Part shown: positions 17,301-26,962 of the stretch, piece by piece
Position numbering within the stretch: position 1 is the stretch's first letter
Layout of the letters: each line of letters begins with the position of its first letter
Origin: Kiritimatiellia bacterium
GTDB taxonomy: Bacteria > Verrucomicrobiota > Kiritimatiellia > RFP12 > UBA1067
Direction of reading: 5' to 3'
Length of the DNA stretch: 64,000 bases
Assembly: GCA_045599105.1 (NCBI GenBank)
Contig: JAZRVL010000036.1
Location: 10,778-74,777, forward strand
Made by a program: the position numbers and the translations under genes
The notes under the pieces: model-generated
The model's database searches: none
What the model saw: only the letters and a program-made list of their open reading frames with translations
Told to the model about the DNA's origin: nothing

Positions 17301-18180
17301 ACCTAAATCCATCTACGCCTATCCGACACCAAAAGAGAAACACTTCCGCCATGTAAGCACAAAGCTCGCTATTGCGATAATCCAGTTCCACCAAATCCGC
17401 CCACTTAACTCCCCATGCACCTGGCGAAACAAACTTCCCATCGTTCTCACGATGAAACCAATCTGGATGATGAGTCTGCAATGTCGACGCCCAACCCGTA
17501 TGATTGGCCGGCAAATCCACAAAAAATAGTCCATTCCTCGAATGCACCGCATCAATCATTTCCTTAAACTGGTCCAAGGGCGTTGCCCGTTCATCAAACT
17601 CTGCCATCGCAGGATCAACCGAAAGAAAATCAAGTGCCGCAAATGGACAACCGTACTCTCCCATCACTGCATAAGTCGTAGGCACTGGAAATGGTGGCAA
17701 GGTTTGAATAATTCTAAAGCCCATTGAATCCATAATAATGGGCAAACGCCTCACCACTTCACGGAACGAACCAAACTGCCGTGGAAAGATAGTATAAATG
17801 GAGTTATTCTTTCTTGTCTGTGCGCTTTCTACCTTAATATGGGTATTACTCCCATCTGGCCACTCAGGGACGTTTGACCCTTCAGGGAAAAAGCATGCCT
17901 TGCCCGAAAAAAGCCCCACCTCATCCAACAAAATTTCTGCGCTAAACTTGCCTGGTGCAACTTCATTGAGAGGGATATCCGACCAAGCCCTTGCCATCGG
18001 CGTCTCCCCGCGCTCAGTTTCCGCAATAATCTCTCGTCTTCTTACTCGTGCGTGGGTGATATTGGTACGAAATGCTGCCCGCCCTTTGCGAGGGCTATCC
18101 AACTCTAACGTGACCACCAATTTATCACCACGCCACTTTAAAAGAAAATCTTCTGGTGCTGGCGTCTGCTTCATGCCCAA
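14332..18180 (-). CDS. 1282-aa alpha-glucan processing enzyme: GH13 alpha-amylase-family domain fused to amylo-alpha-1,6-glucosidase (GDE_C/GH133) domain
   Basis: GH13 blocks VDGFRCDAGYM and VFMLEGLG. C-terminal VIAGYPWFLDWGRDTFIFMRG and GCTAQAWSDSELLRV are typical of debranching-enzyme C-domains. Confidence 0.8.
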   Translation of the reverse strand: MGMKQTPAPEDFLLKWRGDKLVVTLELDSPRKGRAAFRTNITHARVRRREIIAETERGETPMARAWSDIPLNEVAPGKFSAEILLDEVGLFSGKACFFPEGSNVPEWPDGSNTHIKVESAQTRKNNSIYTIFPRQFGSFREVVRRLPIIMDSMGFRIIQTLPPFPVPTTYAVMGEYGCPFAALDFLSVDPAMAEFDERATPLDQFKEMIDAVHSRNGLFFVDLPANHTGWASTLQTHHPDWFHRENDGKFVSPGAWGVKWADLVELDYRNSELCAYMAEVFLFWCRIGVDGFRCDAGYMIPFKTWEYIVAKVREEYPDTVFMLEGLGGDIKLTDNLLAQANLDWAYSEVFQTYDRGGFEWYLPGAIKRSERYGTLVHFAETHDNDRLAKGGEVYARLRVQLAALLSWQGAWGIANGVEWYAREKIDVHGKNDLSWGAQNNMLELIAHLNRILDGHTAFAGASKLEVITQGDGNTLAVVRNQGGKDATLVLANLDCGKDTTIAWDLTKFPIGEVYDLLNGGKLELLEKVRLAPGEVRCVSLCETMPFGEANKVDCEVNALCHWSYPRDINRVFAVPEGQMVEISAPHHFRMRLVDPATGRTIRVRTSKGHFAHFDTPHYKGDGSKCRELYLEMAVYAPGKAMRVRSKFLITPRPRLAKAKLTMTGEEVRRHPEYRTILSNGAGAASQVRVGWGEICSQYDAFLAANPNPSVPSDRLNLWARTRCWLQREGYLREFDKQCVTKFVADPAGREARWQFAVPCGMGKETAFVFTLAFAPLTNAVRLKIVREEASENDVGDRVRLVFRPDIEWRSFHATTKAYQGIDVLFAKSVKTTESKFTFKPYDKEFNLHVQGGVCHHEPQWMYNVPHAEEAERGQDGAGDLFSPGWISADLSVGESMEIVGSYDHAPIDKFVPSEFNLRPLNFKAALTAALDLYIVKRDNLKTVIAGYPWFLDWGRDTFIFMRGMIASGRYTDSLKILKAFAAFEERGTLPNIIYGETAGNRDTTDAPLWFIRCVEELENAAPSLAKAEFKALKTTCQSIVDNYLKGTPNGIKVDSESALVWSPSHFTWMDTNYPACTPRVGYPVEIQALWISALRYLKREELVERALNSVMRLMKRPDGNGYYDTLAAPSGESASLAKPEMTIRPNQLFLITLGILNDKSIIKATEELLIPGGIRSLEAGNALYRGRYTGDEDTSRKPAYHNGTVWAWQFPLYAEAMYLTKSCSREVALSLLAGAVENFNSGTVGHVSENADGDAPHAQKGCTAQAWSDSELLRVWLKLGGK

Positions 18181-18965
18181 ACCTTTCTAAGTAATTCAAG
18201 ACCCGCCTTAAGATCTTGTTCTTCAATCATCATGTTCGGCTCCAAAACAAGGTGTTGTGCCGAAAGTGCAAGATCTTTAAGCAAACCAAAATCAATCTTA
18301 CCCATACCTGGCGCAAGATGATCATCGCCGCCTTTTGAATCATTAATATGTAGCCCGACTACCGACTCTCGACATCCTGGAACTACCACATCGTGCCCAG
18401 TATCAAACCACGCCTTCACCCACTCGCCCGCAACTTGCGGCATCTCCATTGCATTTGGAAAACCCTCGTAATAAGGGAGATTCTCTAAGCCCAAAACTAC
18501 TTTATGCTTTTCAAGCTCAGGCACAATCTTAGCTATCTCTCGCTTGAAAATCTCAACCATCTTTGCCCCTCGACGCATCCGCTTCCAAGCACGAACTCGC
18601 TTAAAGATTGAGCCGCACATCACACGCCCTGCATGCAACACCACCACGCCCGCCCCCATTTCTGCGGCAAAACGAATATTCTTAATCACTTGAAATCTTG
18701 CCATTGCCCGCGCCTCTTCATCAAACGACGCAAGGGAATAGAGTTCGGGATACCCTTGTGGCGCACTAAGTGGCACTGGACAAAACGCATGAATACTCCC
18801 TACTGCCATCCTATCAAGTCGTGCCTTAAATCCCTTTACCTGCTCATCGGTTGTATGAAAGCCGAGCTCCAGCTCCTCAAAGCCAAGCTCCATCGCTTTA
18901 TCAACGATTTCCTCGCCGCTTGCCATTCGCCGATTACACCAATTAGTGGAAAGTGCAAACTTCAT
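18171..18965 (-). CDS. Sugar phosphate isomerase/epimerase (xylose isomerase-like TIM barrel)
   Basis: 264 aa. General family resemblance (ELGFEELELGF, VVLHAG, LGLENL). Confidence 0.65.
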   Translation of the reverse strand: MKFALSTNWCNRRMASGEEIVDKAMELGFEELELGFHTTDEQVKGFKARLDRMAVGSIHAFCPVPLSAPQGYPELYSLASFDEEARAMARFQVIKNIRFAAEMGAGVVVLHAGRVMCGSIFKRVRAWKRMRRGAKMVEIFKREIAKIVPELEKHKVVLGLENLPYYEGFPNAMEMPQVAGEWVKAWFDTGHDVVVPGCRESVVGLHINDSKGGDDHLAPGMGKIDFGLLKDLALSAQHLVLEPNMMIEEQDLKAGLELLRKVWA

Positions 18966-19741
18966 TCAAACACCACCCTGTCCATCATATAGGAAATGAC
19001 TGCCTCATCGTTGAGCGAGCGCTCACTCCGTCGATATGCTTCCTCAATTGCCTCAACATTCCCAAACGCGCGACACTTCGCCAACTTTCCCCCAACCATC
19101 ATCTTGCGCGCAAACTCCATGAGAGTTTTGTAAAACGCTTTACGCACATAAGCCACTTGCTCCTCTGCCGCGTCCTCTTTTAGCTCCGCAAACTTCCTTA
19201 CCAATGCACCCACATCCCGAGCTGCAAACGCATCCTCAACCTCCGTATAATCATCATCGGTCAATATCCCCAAAGGAAGCTTCAAGTCGATTCGCTGCGT
19301 TCGCGAAATAATCGTCGGGAGAATTGCATCTGGCTGATCCGTCAGTAAAAGATACATTGTTTTGGGTGTTGGCTCTTCCAAAGATTTTAGAAATGCATTT
19401 GCCGACTCTTGGCGCATTCGATCCGCCCCACAAACAATCCCCACTTTCCATCCACCCGAAAACGCCGTAGTTGCCATCGGCTCCAAGATCTTCTCGCGCA
19501 TCGCATCCACCGTAATTATCCGTGCTTTCCCCTCACTCTCCAAAACTGCAATATCTGGGTGCGAAAAGTTTTCCGCCTGCTTAGGTTCATCGGGAAAAAG
19601 CTTTTTCAGTACTTTTTTTGCAAGCTCCAAACAATTTCCATTCACCTCACCTACAATGAGATATCCATGCGCCGCGCGCCCCGTATCAATTGCGTGTGCA
19701 ATTAAATTATAGGCTTCAAGGTCTTCCACACCTCTCCCCAA
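18962..19741 (-). CDS. holB: DNA polymerase III delta-prime subunit (short form)
   Basis: GRAAHGYLIVGE, ANAFLKSLEEP and TIISRTQRI blocks. The track start is TTG 19741; GTG 19729 behind GGGGAGAGG is an alternative. Confidence 0.65.
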   Translation of the reverse strand: MGRGVEDLEAYNLIAHAIDTGRAAHGYLIVGEVNGNCLELAKKVLKKLFPDEPKQAENFSHPDIAVLESEGKARIITVDAMREKILEPMATTAFSGGWKVGIVCGADRMRQESANAFLKSLEEPTPKTMYLLLTDQPDAILPTIISRTQRIDLKLPLGILTDDDYTEVEDAFAARDVGALVRKFAELKEDAAEEQVAYVRKAFYKTLMEFARKMMVGGKLAKCRAFGNVEAIEEAYRRSERSLNDEAVISYMMDRVVFE

Positions 19742-20337
19742 ACTTCTTCCTCTGTCCCATTGCCATCTACTACCACAATTCGCCTTGGTTCGTTTTTTGC
19801 CAATGTTAAAAAGCCCTCACGTAACCGCCGATGAAACTCCTCCCCCGCTTTCTCAATCCGATCGGCCTTAGTGTTTGTTGTTTGCTCACGATTATGCCGC
19901 CGCATTTTTGCGACCTCGGACTTGACGTCAATGAAAATAGTCAAATCTGGCTTCAGTCCCTCGCATGCAAAACCATTGACCTTGTTCAGCAACTCTAAAT
20001 CAATTCCTCGCCCATATCCTTGATACGCAAAAGTCGAGTCGCTAAAACGATCCGATACCACCCACACTCCTCGTTCCAATGCTGGACGAATAACCTCTTT
20101 TACCAGCTGTGCTCTCGCAGCGAGAAAAAGCAAAAGCTCACTCGCATCGCATGGCGGATCATTTTCTTGATCCTTAATGAGACGTCGAATCTCCTCTCCT
20201 ATCAAAGTTCCACCTGGCTCGCGCGTAAACACCGCCTCAATCCCTACCGTTTTCAAAGCGACTTTTAGCCTTTCCACTTGCGTGGACTTGCCGCATCCTT
20301 CGCCGCCTTCAAACGTTATGAACTTACCCCTTACCAT
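19702..20337 (-). CDS. tmk: Thymidylate kinase
   Basis: MVRGKFITFEGGEGCGKSTQ P-loop at the true N-terminus. The track ORF (to 20520) is an upstream extension that overlaps the FmdB-like gene. TGGTATAAT lies 9 nt upstream of ATG 20337. Confidence 0.9.
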   Translation of the reverse strand: MVRGKFITFEGGEGCGKSTQVERLKVALKTVGIEAVFTREPGGTLIGEEIRRLIKDQENDPPCDASELLLFLAARAQLVKEVIRPALERGVWVVSDRFSDSTFAYQGYGRGIDLELLNKVNGFACEGLKPDLTIFIDVKSEVAKMRRHNREQTTNTKADRIEKAGEEFHRRLREGFLTLAKNEPRRIVVVDGNGTEEEVWGEVWKTLKPII

Positions 20338-20372
20338 GGTGCTAATATTATACCATCTTATTCGAGGAAGTG

Positions 20373-20624
20373 TTAATAAATCTTCTCGTATTCGCCTTTT
20401 TCCACTTTCTTTAAGGTGTGAAAACCCGCCCGTTTGGCTCGATAGTGTAAATCGGTCTTGGAGTGAGTAAGTCCTACCGACTGAATCACCCGATAAATCG
20501 GCGCTCCGCATTCCGGACATTGCACAAGCTTTACATCGGCAAGACGTTGGGCGATTTCAAACCCATTTCTGCATTTCGCACACGCCTGCGACTTTTCCTT
20601 CGCCTCGTACACATAAAGCGGCAT
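20373..20624 (-). CDS. FmdB-family zinc-ribbon protein
   Basis: MPLYVYEAKE..CAKC...VQCPECGAP: CxxC...CxxC ribbon with the typical N-terminal YxY. Confidence 0.75.
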   Translation of the reverse strand: MPLYVYEAKEKSQACAKCRNGFEIAQRLADVKLVQCPECGAPIYRVIQSVGLTHSKTDLHYRAKRAGFHTLKKVEKGEYEKIY

Positions 20625-20625
20625 C

Positions 20626-21543
20626 TTACCGCTCCTCGCGAATTATGTAATGCGGACGCTTTTTCGCTTCACGCGTCATACTCGCAACATATATACCAAT
20701 AAGTCCGACCACAAAAAGCTGCAATCCACCAAAAAACATAATTGCGCAAATAATCGTCGGCCAACCACTCACGGGATTACCAAAAAAGAGCCAACTTAAA
20801 AATACATATGCCATATAAATGAAAGCTCCCACACAACATACCGCTCCAAATGCACTCGCAAATTTTAAGGGAGCCGTAGAAAACGCCACAAAACTCCGAA
20901 TTGAATAAGTAAGCAACTTCACCCCGTTCCACTTGCTTACCCCCGCTACCCGCCGAGGTGTTTCCACTTCAATCCACTTGGTCTTAAATCCTACCCACTC
21001 GTAAAGCCCTTTAGTAAAGCGATCGACCTCCCCCAAACGCAGCACTTCATTGACAAAGCGCCGCGTCATCATTCGATAATCCATTGCCCCTTGCTTGAGC
21101 TGAATTTCCGAACAAATATTCATCGTCGTAAAAAACCAATTTGATAGCCACGTTCTGAATTTTGGCTCGCCCGTGCGATAAGTACGACACGCTGCCGCCG
21201 AATCATACCCCTGCTCTTCGATTGCCTTGAGCATCTCCACCAAAAGTTTGGGATCGTGTTGCAAATCCGCATCCATCGTAACTACCAACTCGCCGCTTGC
21301 TTTCTTTAGCCCAGCCAAAAGCGCCGACTCCTTGCCGAAGTTACGTGAAAAGGATATATAGTGAATGTGTTCGTCATTCGTTGCGAGTTCCCGCATCACT
21401 TCCAATGTCTCATCACTCGAGCCATCGTCCACTAAAACAAATTCCAGTGGCCGATCAAGCTTAAGCTCATTTATTGCCGCAACAAACTTTTTTAAGCACT
21501 CCGCTTCACTTAACGCGGGAACGACTATTGAAAGCTTATTCAT
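20626..21543 (-). CDS. Family 2 glycosyltransferase, polyprenol-phosphate sugar transferase type (ArnC/GtrB-like) with two C-terminal TM helices
   Basis: LSIVVPALSEAE, VLVDDGSSDET, and TMDADLQHDP (DxD region). Hydrophobic C-terminus. Confidence 0.85.
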   Translation of the reverse strand: MNKLSIVVPALSEAECLKKFVAAINELKLDRPLEFVLVDDGSSDETLEVMRELATNDEHIHYISFSRNFGKESALLAGLKKASGELVVTMDADLQHDPKLLVEMLKAIEEQGYDSAAACRTYRTGEPKFRTWLSNWFFTTMNICSEIQLKQGAMDYRMMTRRFVNEVLRLGEVDRFTKGLYEWVGFKTKWIEVETPRRVAGVSKWNGVKLLTYSIRSFVAFSTAPLKFASAFGAVCCVGAFIYMAYVFLSWLFFGNPVSGWPTIICAIMFFGGLQLFVVGLIGIYVASMTREAKKRPHYIIREER

Positions 21544-22922
21544 CGATCGCTTAATTTAACATACTCCCGCGGATGAAAGATAGGCTTATACGCAGGACGA
21601 ATGATAGGTCCTTCGTTAACCAACTCCTCCATACGATGCGCGCACCACGAAACACAACGTGCGACTGCAAATAGCGGTGTATAGAGATCTTTCGGAATCC
21701 CCAGCATATCGTAAACAAAACCCGAATAAAGATCGACATTGGCGCAAATATCTGTAGCACGGGCATGACGCGAGCGAATTACTTTCGCTCCCAAAATCTC
21801 AATCATTTCCAAAAGCTTCATTTCCTCCTCACGCCCCTTTTCCTTCGCGAGCGCTTCTGCCTTTTCTTTTAATAATTCTGCACGCGGATCTGAAAGCGTA
21901 TAAACTGCATGTCCAAGTCCATAGATAAGCCCAGTTCTGTCGCCCGCTTTCCTATCCACGACCTTTTTAAGATACGCTTCCACTTGCTCGGGCTTTGACC
22001 AATCCTTCACCTTCCACATAATTTCTTCCATTTGCCGCATTACCCGCAAATTTGCTCCACCATGCCTTGAACCTTTAAGCGAGAGAATAGACGAAGCAAC
22101 TGACGAATAAACATCCGAATGCGAAGATGTAACTACATGCGTGGTAAATGACGAGTTATTACCTCCGCCGTGTTCCGCATGCAAGATAAGCGCAAGGTCC
22201 AAAGTCTCCGCCTCCAACTTCGTATACTTCCCATCCTCCCGTGTGAGCATGAGTATATTTTCCGCGGTCGACTTCTTCGGATCGGGATTTCTCAGCATCA
22301 AAGATGCGCCGTTATGATAGTGCGCCTTTGACTGATATGCGTATGCCGCAATCGTGGGAAGCGCCCCGATCATCTCAATTGACTGCTCCAAGCAATTTTC
22401 CAGCGAAATATCATCTGGATTTGATGTCGTTTGAAATGCATACGCAAAAAGTACCGCTCGTGCAAGCGCGTTCGTCAAATCTTTTGGCGGATTATGCAAA
22501 ATTGCGTTTTCTTTAAACCCATCCGAAAGCTTGCGATACGCGCCAATCTTGTCCTTCCAATCAATTAATTCACGCGCCGTTGGTAGCTCCCCAAAAAGTA
22601 GCAAATATGCCGTTTCCTCATATCCAAAACGATGTTCGCGTTTATCGGCAGCAACTATATCTCTTACATTGATTCCGCGATAATAAAGCTCTCCCTTAAT
22701 AGGTTGCTTTTCGCCTTCATTCATCACATAACCGTGCACATTACCAATCGTGGTCAATCCCACCAAAACGCCCGTACCATTATCATTACGCAAGCCCCGT
22801 TTAACACCATACTTTCGATAAAGCGCCGGATCAATATAGTCGACCTTGCGAACTTTATTAGCTTGCACTTTGAACCAATTCTTTTCTATTGAATTCTTCT
22901 TCACTTTTTCATCCCATCGCAT
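21540..22922 (-). CDS. gltA: Citrate synthase
   Basis: 460 aa. LILHAEHGGGNNSSF and GLGHAVY catalytic His blocks. Confidence 0.88.
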   Translation of the reverse strand: MRWDEKVKKNSIEKNWFKVQANKVRKVDYIDPALYRKYGVKRGLRNDNGTGVLVGLTTIGNVHGYVMNEGEKQPIKGELYYRGINVRDIVAADKREHRFGYEETAYLLLFGELPTARELIDWKDKIGAYRKLSDGFKENAILHNPPKDLTNALARAVLFAYAFQTTSNPDDISLENCLEQSIEMIGALPTIAAYAYQSKAHYHNGASLMLRNPDPKKSTAENILMLTREDGKYTKLEAETLDLALILHAEHGGGNNSSFTTHVVTSSHSDVYSSVASSILSLKGSRHGGANLRVMRQMEEIMWKVKDWSKPEQVEAYLKKVVDRKAGDRTGLIYGLGHAVYTLSDPRAELLKEKAEALAKEKGREEEMKLLEMIEILGAKVIRSRHARATDICANVDLYSGFVYDMLGIPKDLYTPLFAVARCVSWCAHRMEELVNEGPIIRPAYKPIFHPREYVKLSDR

Positions 22923-23706
22923 CTAGGACACTTTCAACTGCTGAAGTATCTACATGTTCAATTAGACCCTTGTCTACGGCTTTGGCAAACTCTGGATCAA
23001 TTGGAATTGAGCTTACCGCTTTAATTCCATATTTTTCCGCCATCGCCTTCGCTTTTGAGATGCCAAACAATTCGTGCACCTTTCCACAATCTGGGCACTT
23101 AAAGGAACTTAAATTCTCTACCAACCCCACCACTGGGATTTTCATCATCTCCGCCATTTTAACCGCTTTTTCCACGATGAGCTGTACGAGATCCTGCGGA
23201 GAAGTAACAATAACGACCCCATCCACGGGAAGCGACTGAAATACGGTAAGTGGCACATCACCAGTTCCTGGTGGCATATCCACAAACATCACATCCACCT
23301 CTCCCCACTTTACCTCGCCCCAAAACTGCTTCACTGCTCCTGCAATAACTGGCCCGCGCCACACTACCGGATCCGTAGGATTATCAATCAAAAGGTTGAG
23401 CGACATCATACCAATCCCGCATTCACTGCGACTTGGCATAATGCCGCCCTCCCCATCTGCGACTGCCCGATCACCGATTCCAAACGCCGTCGGAATCGAA
23501 GGCCCCGTAATATCCGCGTCAAGAATTGCCGTCCTTAGCCCTCGCTTAGCAGCTCCCACCGCCAATAGCGAAGTGACCAACGACTTACCTACGCCGCCCT
23601 TGCCGCTCATGACAGCAATGACTTTCTTTACTTTGCCTTTGCATTCAAGTTTTTCGCAAGCTCCCTTCTTGCTACAACTTGAACACTCGTGATTGCAATC
23701 GCTCAT
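22909..23706 (-). CDS. Mrp/NBP35/ApbC-family Fe-S cluster carrier ATPase
   Basis: VIAVMSGKGGVGKS deviant Walker A, an N-terminal Cys-rich stretch and a CPDCG motif. Confidence 0.88.
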   Translation of the reverse strand: MSDCNHECSSCSKKGACEKLECKGKVKKVIAVMSGKGGVGKSLVTSLLAVGAAKRGLRTAILDADITGPSIPTAFGIGDRAVADGEGGIMPSRSECGIGMMSLNLLIDNPTDPVVWRGPVIAGAVKQFWGEVKWGEVDVMFVDMPPGTGDVPLTVFQSLPVDGVVIVTSPQDLVQLIVEKAVKMAEMMKIPVVGLVENLSSFKCPDCGKVHELFGISKAKAMAEKYGIKAVSSIPIDPEFAKAVDKGLIEHVDTSAVESVLDAMG

Positions 23707-23716
23707 TTTTTACCGC

Positions 23717-25078
23717 TTAAAAGAGTCCCTGCTCCATCATTGCCGTAGCAACTTTCATGAAGCCCGCGATGTTGCCACCTGCGACCAAGTCATACCCAAG
23801 ACCATAGTCGGCCGCCGCCTTCGCTGATGCATCATGAATCGTCTTCATCATCTTCTTTAACTGTGCGTCGACTTCGTCCGCCGTCCACACGAGACGCTCC
23901 GAGTTCTGTGCCATTTCGAGCGCCGAAACGCCAACGCCACCCGCATTTACGGCCTTGGAGGGAGCTACGATCATTCCCTTCTGCGAGCGGAGGAAGTTAA
24001 GCGCATCATTCGTGGTCGGCATGTTCGCAACTTCGATGTAGTACTTAACCCCGCTCTTGGCGATCTTCTTCGCCCACTCGAGCGTGACATCGTTCTGTGT
24101 TGCAGCTGGCATATAGATATCGACATCCTTAACACCCCAGCACTTCTGACCCTTAACAAACTTGCAGCCGAACTTCTTTGCATACGGCTCACAGTGCATT
24201 GGATCTTTCGCGCGCATCTCTAAAATGTAGTTGAGTTTCTTTTCGCTGTTGACACCCTCGGGATCGTAGATGTAGCCATCTGGACCTGCGAAGTAAGTGA
24301 CCTTCGCTCCGAGCTGCATCGCCTTCTTCATGATTCCCCAGCCCACGTTGCCGTAGCCCGAGATTGCAATGCGCTTACCCTCGATAGTGTCTCCCTCGTG
24401 CTTGAGGACTTCCTGCAAATAGTAAACTGCGCCATAGCCCGTCGCTTCTGGACGAATGAGCGAGCCACCATAAGTAAGGCCCTTGCCCGTAAGCACACCA
24501 TTCTCCCAAACGCCTTTCAGACGACGATACTGTCCAAAGAGATATCCAATCTCGCGTCCGCCAACTCCCATATCACCTGCCGGCACGTCAATATCTGGAC
24601 CGATATAACGATAAAGCGCCGTCATAAACGCCTGGCAAAAACGCATCACTTCGGCCGCACTCTTACCTGCAGGATCAAAGTCCGATCCGCCCTTGCCACC
24701 GCCAATTGGAAGACCAGTGAGCGAGTTCTTGAAGGTCTGTTCAAAGCCGAGGAACTTGATGATGCCAGGATACACATTCTTCTGAAAACGAAGTCCGCCT
24801 TTATACGGACCAATCGCGCCATTGAACTGGCAACGATAGCCAATATTGGTATGCGTCGCACCTTTGTCGTCCGTCCAAACAACACGGAAGGTAAACATGC
24901 GCTCTGGCTCAACCATGCGCTTTAGAAGATCCGCCTTCTCATACTCAGGGTGTTTATCAATCACCGGCGAGAGCGAAGAGAGGACTTCCTCTACCGTCTG
25001 CACGAACTCGGGTTCGTCTTTATGTTTTTCGCGCACATATGCGATCGTGGATTCCACGTATTTATTGAGTTTTTTCAT
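23717..25078 (-). CDS. gdhA: NADP-specific glutamate dehydrogenase
   Basis: 453 aa. GGLRFQKNV, LPIGGGKGGSDFDP and SGYGNVG blocks. Confidence 0.95.
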   Translation of the reverse strand: MKKLNKYVESTIAYVREKHKDEPEFVQTVEEVLSSLSPVIDKHPEYEKADLLKRMVEPERMFTFRVVWTDDKGATHTNIGYRCQFNGAIGPYKGGLRFQKNVYPGIIKFLGFEQTFKNSLTGLPIGGGKGGSDFDPAGKSAAEVMRFCQAFMTALYRYIGPDIDVPAGDMGVGGREIGYLFGQYRRLKGVWENGVLTGKGLTYGGSLIRPEATGYGAVYYLQEVLKHEGDTIEGKRIAISGYGNVGWGIMKKAMQLGAKVTYFAGPDGYIYDPEGVNSEKKLNYILEMRAKDPMHCEPYAKKFGCKFVKGQKCWGVKDVDIYMPAATQNDVTLEWAKKIAKSGVKYYIEVANMPTTNDALNFLRSQKGMIVAPSKAVNAGGVGVSALEMAQNSERLVWTADEVDAQLKKMMKTIHDASAKAAADYGLGYDLVAGGNIAGFMKVATAMMEQGLF

Positions 25079-25106
25079 TTTCTTTATTTTTTATTTATTC
25101 GATTTG

Positions 25107-25724
25107 TTACTTCGCCGCCTCAAAACGCCGAATACTTTTTTCGGTCGCCTCGATTCGTGCGAGTGAAATTGCCTCATCCTTATTGGCTGCTTTAAGCGCC
25201 TCAATGCGTGCAAGTGCCTTCGCCTTGTCGCCGCTCTGCGCAATTGAGCGTGCCGCCCCAAGCTGTGCCGTTAAAGTCAAATAATGCTTCGGTTTTGCCT
25301 CGGCAAACTTATCAAACGCCACTTGCGCTTCGGCAAACTTGCCGAGCGCCTCCAAGCATTGCGCCTTACCCACAACTGGAATATCCGCAAAACCTTCTGG
25401 TGGATTGCCTTCCAGCTCCTCGTAAATCGCCATCGCCTCTTCGTACTTGCCAGCATCAAAATAACTCTTGGCAAGCTTGAGCTTAAGTACACCTTCCGAC
25501 TTCTCGCTCGCAAAATTAGCTACCGCATCTTCTATCTCTTCGGTAGTATAACTTTCCACGAGTGCGCTTGAGGCCTCGCTCTTGACGTTGGTGCGGTAGT
25601 TTTTCCATCCATACCATCCACCAATAACAACTGCCAGGACAATTGCCCAAATTACAGTGCTCTTACCATCTTTTTCCCACCATTCGACGATTGGCAGGAA
25701 TTCTGGATTCGTTTTTAGGTTCAT
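25107..25724 (-). CDS. YfgM-like membrane-anchored TPR protein
   Basis: Single TM (VIWAIVLAVVIGGWYGW) followed by TPR-like repeats. ATG 25724 overlaps the pcnB stop as ATGA; the track start is 25760. Confidence 0.5.
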   Translation of the reverse strand: MNLKTNPEFLPIVEWWEKDGKSTVIWAIVLAVVIGGWYGWKNYRTNVKSEASSALVESYTTEEIEDAVANFASEKSEGVLKLKLAKSYFDAGKYEEAMAIYEELEGNPPEGFADIPVVGKAQCLEALGKFAEAQVAFDKFAEAKPKHYLTLTAQLGAARSIAQSGDKAKALARIEALKAANKDEAISLARIEATEKSIRRFEAAK

Positions 25725-26920
25725 TCTGCGTTTCCTTTCGCTTCGTAGAGTTTCGCCCATTCATTGAGGGCGCTTTCATCGCGTTTCTCTGCCCGCAAAA
25801 TGATGCGGTTAAAGTCTAACGCGTCGAGAAAATCAGGACTATGGACAAAGCGCGCTTTTCCTTTGGCGGGCAAAACCACCAACCGTTTCATGCTTTCCAA
25901 AAGCGTAGTTGCGGTAAAATAAATAGCTTTCGGGATTTTAAGCGACGAAAGCATCGTCTGCATCACCTTGCGTGATGCACCGTCTTTATTCTCGCCCTTA
26001 AGCATTACCGCCATCAAAACCGCAGCTCGAATAGCATTGGAGACCTCAAAGCCCCTCTCGCTCATCATCTTTTCGTACTCGTCAAGCACTCGCAAATACT
26101 TAAACGCACTTGAACGCTTGCCCCCATCTTTCGCAATTGCCTTACTAAGCTCTGGCAGTAAATCTCCAAGCATCCCCACTTCGTACATAAACTTAAATGC
26201 TTCTTCGCTGTGTCCATAAGGAAAAAGTCGAAACACTTCCTCGCAAACCCGTGGCACCGACGCATTAAGGATTGCCTTATGATGCTTTTTTATCGCCTCG
26301 AGTGTCTTGCGTTCAATCTTAAATCCTAAGCGCGAAGAGAACTTTATCGCCCGCATCATTCGCACTGGATCTTCTTGAAAACGAATCGCTGGATTTCCAA
26401 TTGATCGGATTACCTTTTTCTTAATGTCTTTCATTCCACCCACCCAATCAATTACTGAAAAGTCCTTGATATTATAAAATAGCCCATTTACCGTAAAATC
26501 GCGCCGATAAGCATCTGTTTGTGGACTACCAAAAGTATTATCCTCCATTGGTCCTTCCGAGGCGCGCTCAATGATTTCGCCTACGCTTTGCGAATTGCGC
26601 CTAAAAGTCGCCGTTTCAATCACTTTTTCCCCAAACCGTACATGTGCAAGACGAAAACGCCGTCCAATCAAAAAGCAATTGCGAAAAGCACGCTTAACTT
26701 CATTCGGCTTAGCGCTTGTCCCAATGTCAAAATCCTTAGGTTTACGCCCCATCAACAAATCACGCACTCCTCCGCCAACCAAATATGCCGTATATCCAAG
26801 CGAAGCAAGACGATAAAGCACCTTTAAAGCGTCTGGATCAATGTTTTTGCGAGAAATGCAATGCTCCGGACGCTCATACACGACCGGTCCTTTAGCTTTC
26901 TTATGCAAAAAGGCGAACAT
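25721..26920 (-). CDS. pcnB: Poly(A) polymerase / tRNA nucleotidyltransferase family protein
   Basis: YLVGGGVRDLLMGRKPKDFDIGTSA and RRDFTVNGLFY motifs. TAGTATAAT lies 9 nt upstream of the ATG. Confidence 0.85.
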   Translation of the reverse strand: MFAFLHKKAKGPVVYERPEHCISRKNIDPDALKVLYRLASLGYTAYLVGGGVRDLLMGRKPKDFDIGTSAKPNEVKRAFRNCFLIGRRFRLAHVRFGEKVIETATFRRNSQSVGEIIERASEGPMEDNTFGSPQTDAYRRDFTVNGLFYNIKDFSVIDWVGGMKDIKKKVIRSIGNPAIRFQEDPVRMMRAIKFSSRLGFKIERKTLEAIKKHHKAILNASVPRVCEEVFRLFPYGHSEEAFKFMYEVGMLGDLLPELSKAIAKDGGKRSSAFKYLRVLDEYEKMMSERGFEVSNAIRAAVLMAVMLKGENKDGASRKVMQTMLSSLKIPKAIYFTATTLLESMKRLVVLPAKGKARFVHSPDFLDALDFNRIILRAEKRDESALNEWAKLYEAKGNAE

Positions 26921-26962
26921 TAGCTATGTATTATACTAAAATTATCTTTCCCGCGCAATCGC

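Noticed and set aside
20338-20520. 61-codon N-terminal extension of the tmk ORF
   Set aside because: It overlaps the well-formed FmdB-like gene in another frame. The P-loop sits at the N-terminus from ATG 20337, which has its own -10.
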